Source: Macrostomum hystrix
Taxonomy: Eukaryota > Animalia > Platyhelminthes
DNA: 64,000 nucleotides
Direction of reading: 5' to 3'
Assembly: GCA_950097015.1 (NCBI GenBank)
Contig: CATNEN010000002.1
Span: 7,750,001 to 7,814,000, forward strand
Part shown: piece after piece, positions 60,290 to 64,000 of the stretch
Layout: every line of letters starts with the position of its first letter
How positions within the stretch are numbered: the stretch's first letter is position 1
Notes under the pieces: generated by a model
The model's input: the letters and a program-made list of their open reading frames with translations, nothing else
Told to the model about the DNA's origin: nothing
Databases searched by the model: none
Position numbers and translations under genes: made by a program

Positions 60290-61882
60290 CTAGAACGGAA
60301 TAACCGGCGTTTCATCCTGCGCCCTCTGTGACGTCACTGCTGTCTGTCGGTCACCGCAGGGTCGCCTGAGGCCGTCTCGGTTCAGTGTCAACCCGAAGCC
60401 TGGCCGATTGGCCGGCAGTTTGACGAAGCCCCTCTCCGGCAGGGGCTCGTCCAGGAAGAGGTTTCCAAAGTACGGGCTGATCGCGTCCGCCGCTGGGCTC
60501 AGGTTGATGAACTCACCCAGGGGGCAGTTTGGGAAGGCCATCTGAATGATTTTGACCTCTGATTGATTTCTATGCCTAAGTGACCTTTCGGTTCAGGAAT
60601 TTAGTAAGCACAAAAGGTACCTGCAGGTGATAGCTGTACACGCTTGACCCATGCGGCACGACGACGGCGTCTCGCGCAGCTGCCATAGCAACGACCCGAC
60701 GCGCCTCCGTGATGCCTCCAAGCCAGGTGATGTCCGGCTGTAGTACAGATATGCCACAGTCAAGCAGGTCGCGAAAGCCGTAGCGTGAGTACTCGTGCTC
60801 ACCGCAGGTGAGCTGAATGGCAGAGCCACTAGACAGCAGAGAATCCGCCAGCCGACGATAGCCAGGATAGTCGTCCGGGTGCAGCGGCTCCTCCAGCCAG
60901 CGCAGGCCGAGCGGCTCCAGGGCCTTCGCGAGGCGCATGCTGTACGGCGCGCTGAGCGCCATGTAGCAGTCCAGCATCAGCGGAAACTCCGGCCCAACCT
61001 TGCGACGCCAGTCGGCGAAGAAATCCACATTCCGACGTAGTCCCGCATCACCTTCTGACGGACCGTGTGGGCAAGGTACTTTGGCTCCAGCGAAGCCCAG
61101 CTGCTGGGCGATGTCAGGCCGTGCGGTGGTGCAGTAAACGGGTAGTTTGTCGCGGCAGAGACCACCGAGTAGATTATACACCGGCTCGCCGCGCAGTTTT
61201 CCCAGCAGGTCCCACAGCGCCAGGTCGACTGCACTGATAGCCTGCATGGTTAGGCCTTTGCGGCCGTAGTTGACGGTGGCGCGGTACATGCAGTCCCACA
61301 TTTTCTCGATGTTGCGCGGATCTTCGCCCTCGATGAAGCGACTGAGATGGTGCTCAACGATGTAGCACCCTGTCAGAAAAGACATCGATCCTCTAATATC
61401 CGAGAGCAACTAATTCGTGCTCTAAAAACGACCAATTTGAGTGGGTTGCCAGCCTATTCAAAGGCCGAGTCAGACAAGGAAACACTTCACTCCAAAATTA
61501 CCTGGCTCTCCAGCGATGGTCACTCCCACGCCGGTTTTGCCATCCTCTGCCTCAACCTCCACGATCATGCTGCCCAGCGCGTTGATGCCCCAGGACTTGC
61601 GTGAGGCTCTATAGCGCGGGTAGCAGCTCATCGGGTTGGCGATGGGCGTCGGGTAGCCGTTTATCCAGTGTCTGGTCGAAAATATTTTCTCGAGGCGAGT
61701 TATTGTAAAATAAATTTCGGGTATTGATCTAGTGCTTGAAGACTCAATGCTTACCTGTCATCAACATCGTGACAATCAGCACCCTGATGATCTCCAGCAG
61801 CCACGGCGGACGTTGCTGACTTTGGCTGGTCCCGCACATAGGCTCGGACCTGCCGAATTCGAGGCATTGCTGCAGAGGCCAT
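60290..61882 (-). CDS. rhmD: L-rhamnonate dehydratase (RhmD/YfaW)-like enolase-superfamily enzyme, ~432 aa
   Basis: Exons 61755-61882, 61502-61671, 60621-61369, 60290-60541; GT-AG, in frame. Resembles E. coli RhmD along its length ([37 protein letters not shown], metal ligands in LDC/WLEE/GEH, QPD, catalytic [16 protein letters not shown]). Confidence 0.9.
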
Positions 61883-64000
61883 GAAACTTCAGCTGCTGAA
61901 TATTCAGTGCCCTAACAATCCGTTGTTTGATCGAGTGCAAAAAATAGTTTAGAAGGGGCTGTTGGACTAACAATTTAGTGCTATTGGATTTCTAGAGATC
62001 TTATCTGGCCATGGGAAGATTTGCATGATTCAGCAAGCGATTTTAACAACCGAGCGCTGCAGATAAGAAGTGCTTTTCGTCTGCGCTGTTATTGATTTGT
62101 GGACTGCTATTGCTCGCAAGTCGAGCTTGAACAGGCAAGGAGAAATAGCCAAGGAAAACTAAAAAAAATATTGTTATTAGTCTATAGTAAGTGATTGGAA
62201 CAGGCGAGCGTCTAAACTCCTGTTCGTGAGTCCTTGAATAAGCTGGCTTACTATTTCACACGAGCCACATTTCCAGACCGAAAATTATCTCAATAACTTT
62301 TAACATTTATAAAGATGATGGTTACTCAGGTTTAATTACTGCCTGAGGTCTGGTACATGTTTCATTTCAATTCTGCTGTTTTGTATTCGATGCAAACTTA
62401 AAGCCGCTGATTGCTAGGACGAATTGCTGAACAACTGGGCTAGAATCTGTTTCTGTCTGATTGTTATTAGTATTTCATGCAAAGATTTATTGTTTGCAGC
62501 ATTTGCACTTGCCAATCGCCATATAATTTTAATGTATCGTTTTAACTCTTAAATGGTAGGCAAGGCGCTAATTTAAGCTCACAAAATCTGCATGACTTTA
62601 TAAAATATATAACGGCCCACCGACTAATTTAAAGCTGGTAAAATTTTAAAAGGAAAATTTCAAATTTCTAATAGTCTAAATACGTCATTTTCTAAACTCT
62701 AATCTAGAGTAGAAAGTAAATACAGTTTTTTCATAAATAGATTAATTGGCTTAAAAACTTTTTTGCTTCTTTTTTATAGTTTATCATATACTTATAATGA
62801 TATATATTTGACATTGCTGACCTGTAACTAAGATTTTAAAAAATTATTTGAATAACGTCCATACTTGTAACATCCACCAGCAATAGTTTGTGGCCTAATC
62901 ACAATATATTGGGCTATTGTCGCTATATTGATTGTTTAGTAGGCCTAGAACAGCATAAGTAGCAGATAATATAACTGCTCTTAGACAGTGCTTAAGACAT
63001 GGTACTATTTATTGCATCTAAGAATATACAAGACCTATCAATATCACTATTGGCCCTGGCCAAACTAGTAGGCCTAGTATTTAATAAAATTTCATTGGCA
63101 TTAGCAAGTCATAAAAATGAAAAAAATCATTGCATTGTATGGATTGGACAATGTCACAGTCATGAAATTCTTTTAAAAGTCATTTTAGACCTCCAACTGA
63201 TTTTTGAAAATTATTAAAAACATTTTAACAAAATTGCAAACAAGGATAATAACCCAAGTGAAATAGCATTATTTCTATGTCTATAATTTCATGATAACCC
63301 AAAATGCATAAAAACAGGAAAAAATAGGCCTATTTATCAACAATGCAATTTATGCATTTTGGCAGTATCTCACTTGGCTTGACAAAAATAGTGTAATTTG
63401 AATATTAGGCCTATCCTTGTTTGCAATCTTAAAAATATATTTGCAATCTACTAATTTATATAGGCCCAACTGCTGTCGTCAACTGACTGAGACAAAGGCT
63501 TTATGTTAAGCTTAAGTTGCTAGAACGAACATGCGTGTGTGTAGTTTCTTTTGGGGAACGGCTGGGCGACTTTGTATTTAATTTAAGAGTACAGTTGAGG
63601 CTGGGGGTGTCTATGGGTAAACAAGGTGTAACAAGGAGTTAAATTTAGCGTAGTAGGGCAAGCTTGAATTAACGTGGAGGATTGCCAGATGAATCCGACA
63701 GATTGGGGGGGGCTGTACGGATGGCTAGGATACGGCGTAGGAAATTAGGAAGCGGAAGATAGAACATCAGTTTTAGTCTCTTTGAGGTAAACTCTAGGTT
63801 CATAGTGCACGAAGTAACACTCAGGGAATGTCAAACAGGGCGTCTCGGACTCCCTGCCGCTTACGGGTGCGAAGAGAGCGGACCGAAGTCGGTACAGCCG
63901 TGACATTAGTTGCCGTTGGCGACTGCGGTGAGCTGTCCTGGGTCTTCGCCCTGGCGCCGATTTCTGGATCCGGCTCCACAACTTCGGCCTCCAGCGGGAC

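Noticed and set aside
40546-61882. Operon-like sugar-catabolism cluster (GH3 + RhmD)
   Set aside because: The genes are 16 kb apart, on opposite strands and separated by unrelated prominin and nAChR genes; kept only as a weak functional link.

Overview
Eukaryotic (animal) genomic DNA with spliceosomal GT-AG introns, GC-rich exons, AT-rich spacers and a very high density of intronic minisatellites. The style suggests a free-living flatworm such as Macrostomum (inference, not provable from this window). I reconstructed nine protein-coding genes by hand from splice sites and reading-frame continuity: neprilysin/ECE-family M13 metallopeptidase (+, 8 exons); MTUS1/2 (ATIP)-like coiled-coil protein (-); C16orf89/UPF0764-like protein (+); ARMC8-like armadillo protein (+); small DnaJ (-); GH3 beta-xylosidase/glucosidase (+, 7 exons); prominin-like protein (+, one 2.6-kb coding exon); nicotinic acetylcholine receptor alpha subunit (+, 4 exons); and an L-rhamnonate dehydratase (RhmD)-like enolase-superfamily enzyme (-, 4 exons). 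Non-coding content: about 9 copies of a structured tRNA-derived SINE (8 intronic), a CORE-like SINE fragment, an internally deleted mariner, an 82-bp mariner-type MITE, a pseudogenised J-domain exon and about 30 distinct tandem repeats. Most long ORFs in the supplied track are artefacts of those repeats. No CRISPR, rRNA or intact tRNA genes were found. Repeat and SINE boundaries are approximate; gene-family calls rest on motifs recalled from known proteins, not on database searches.
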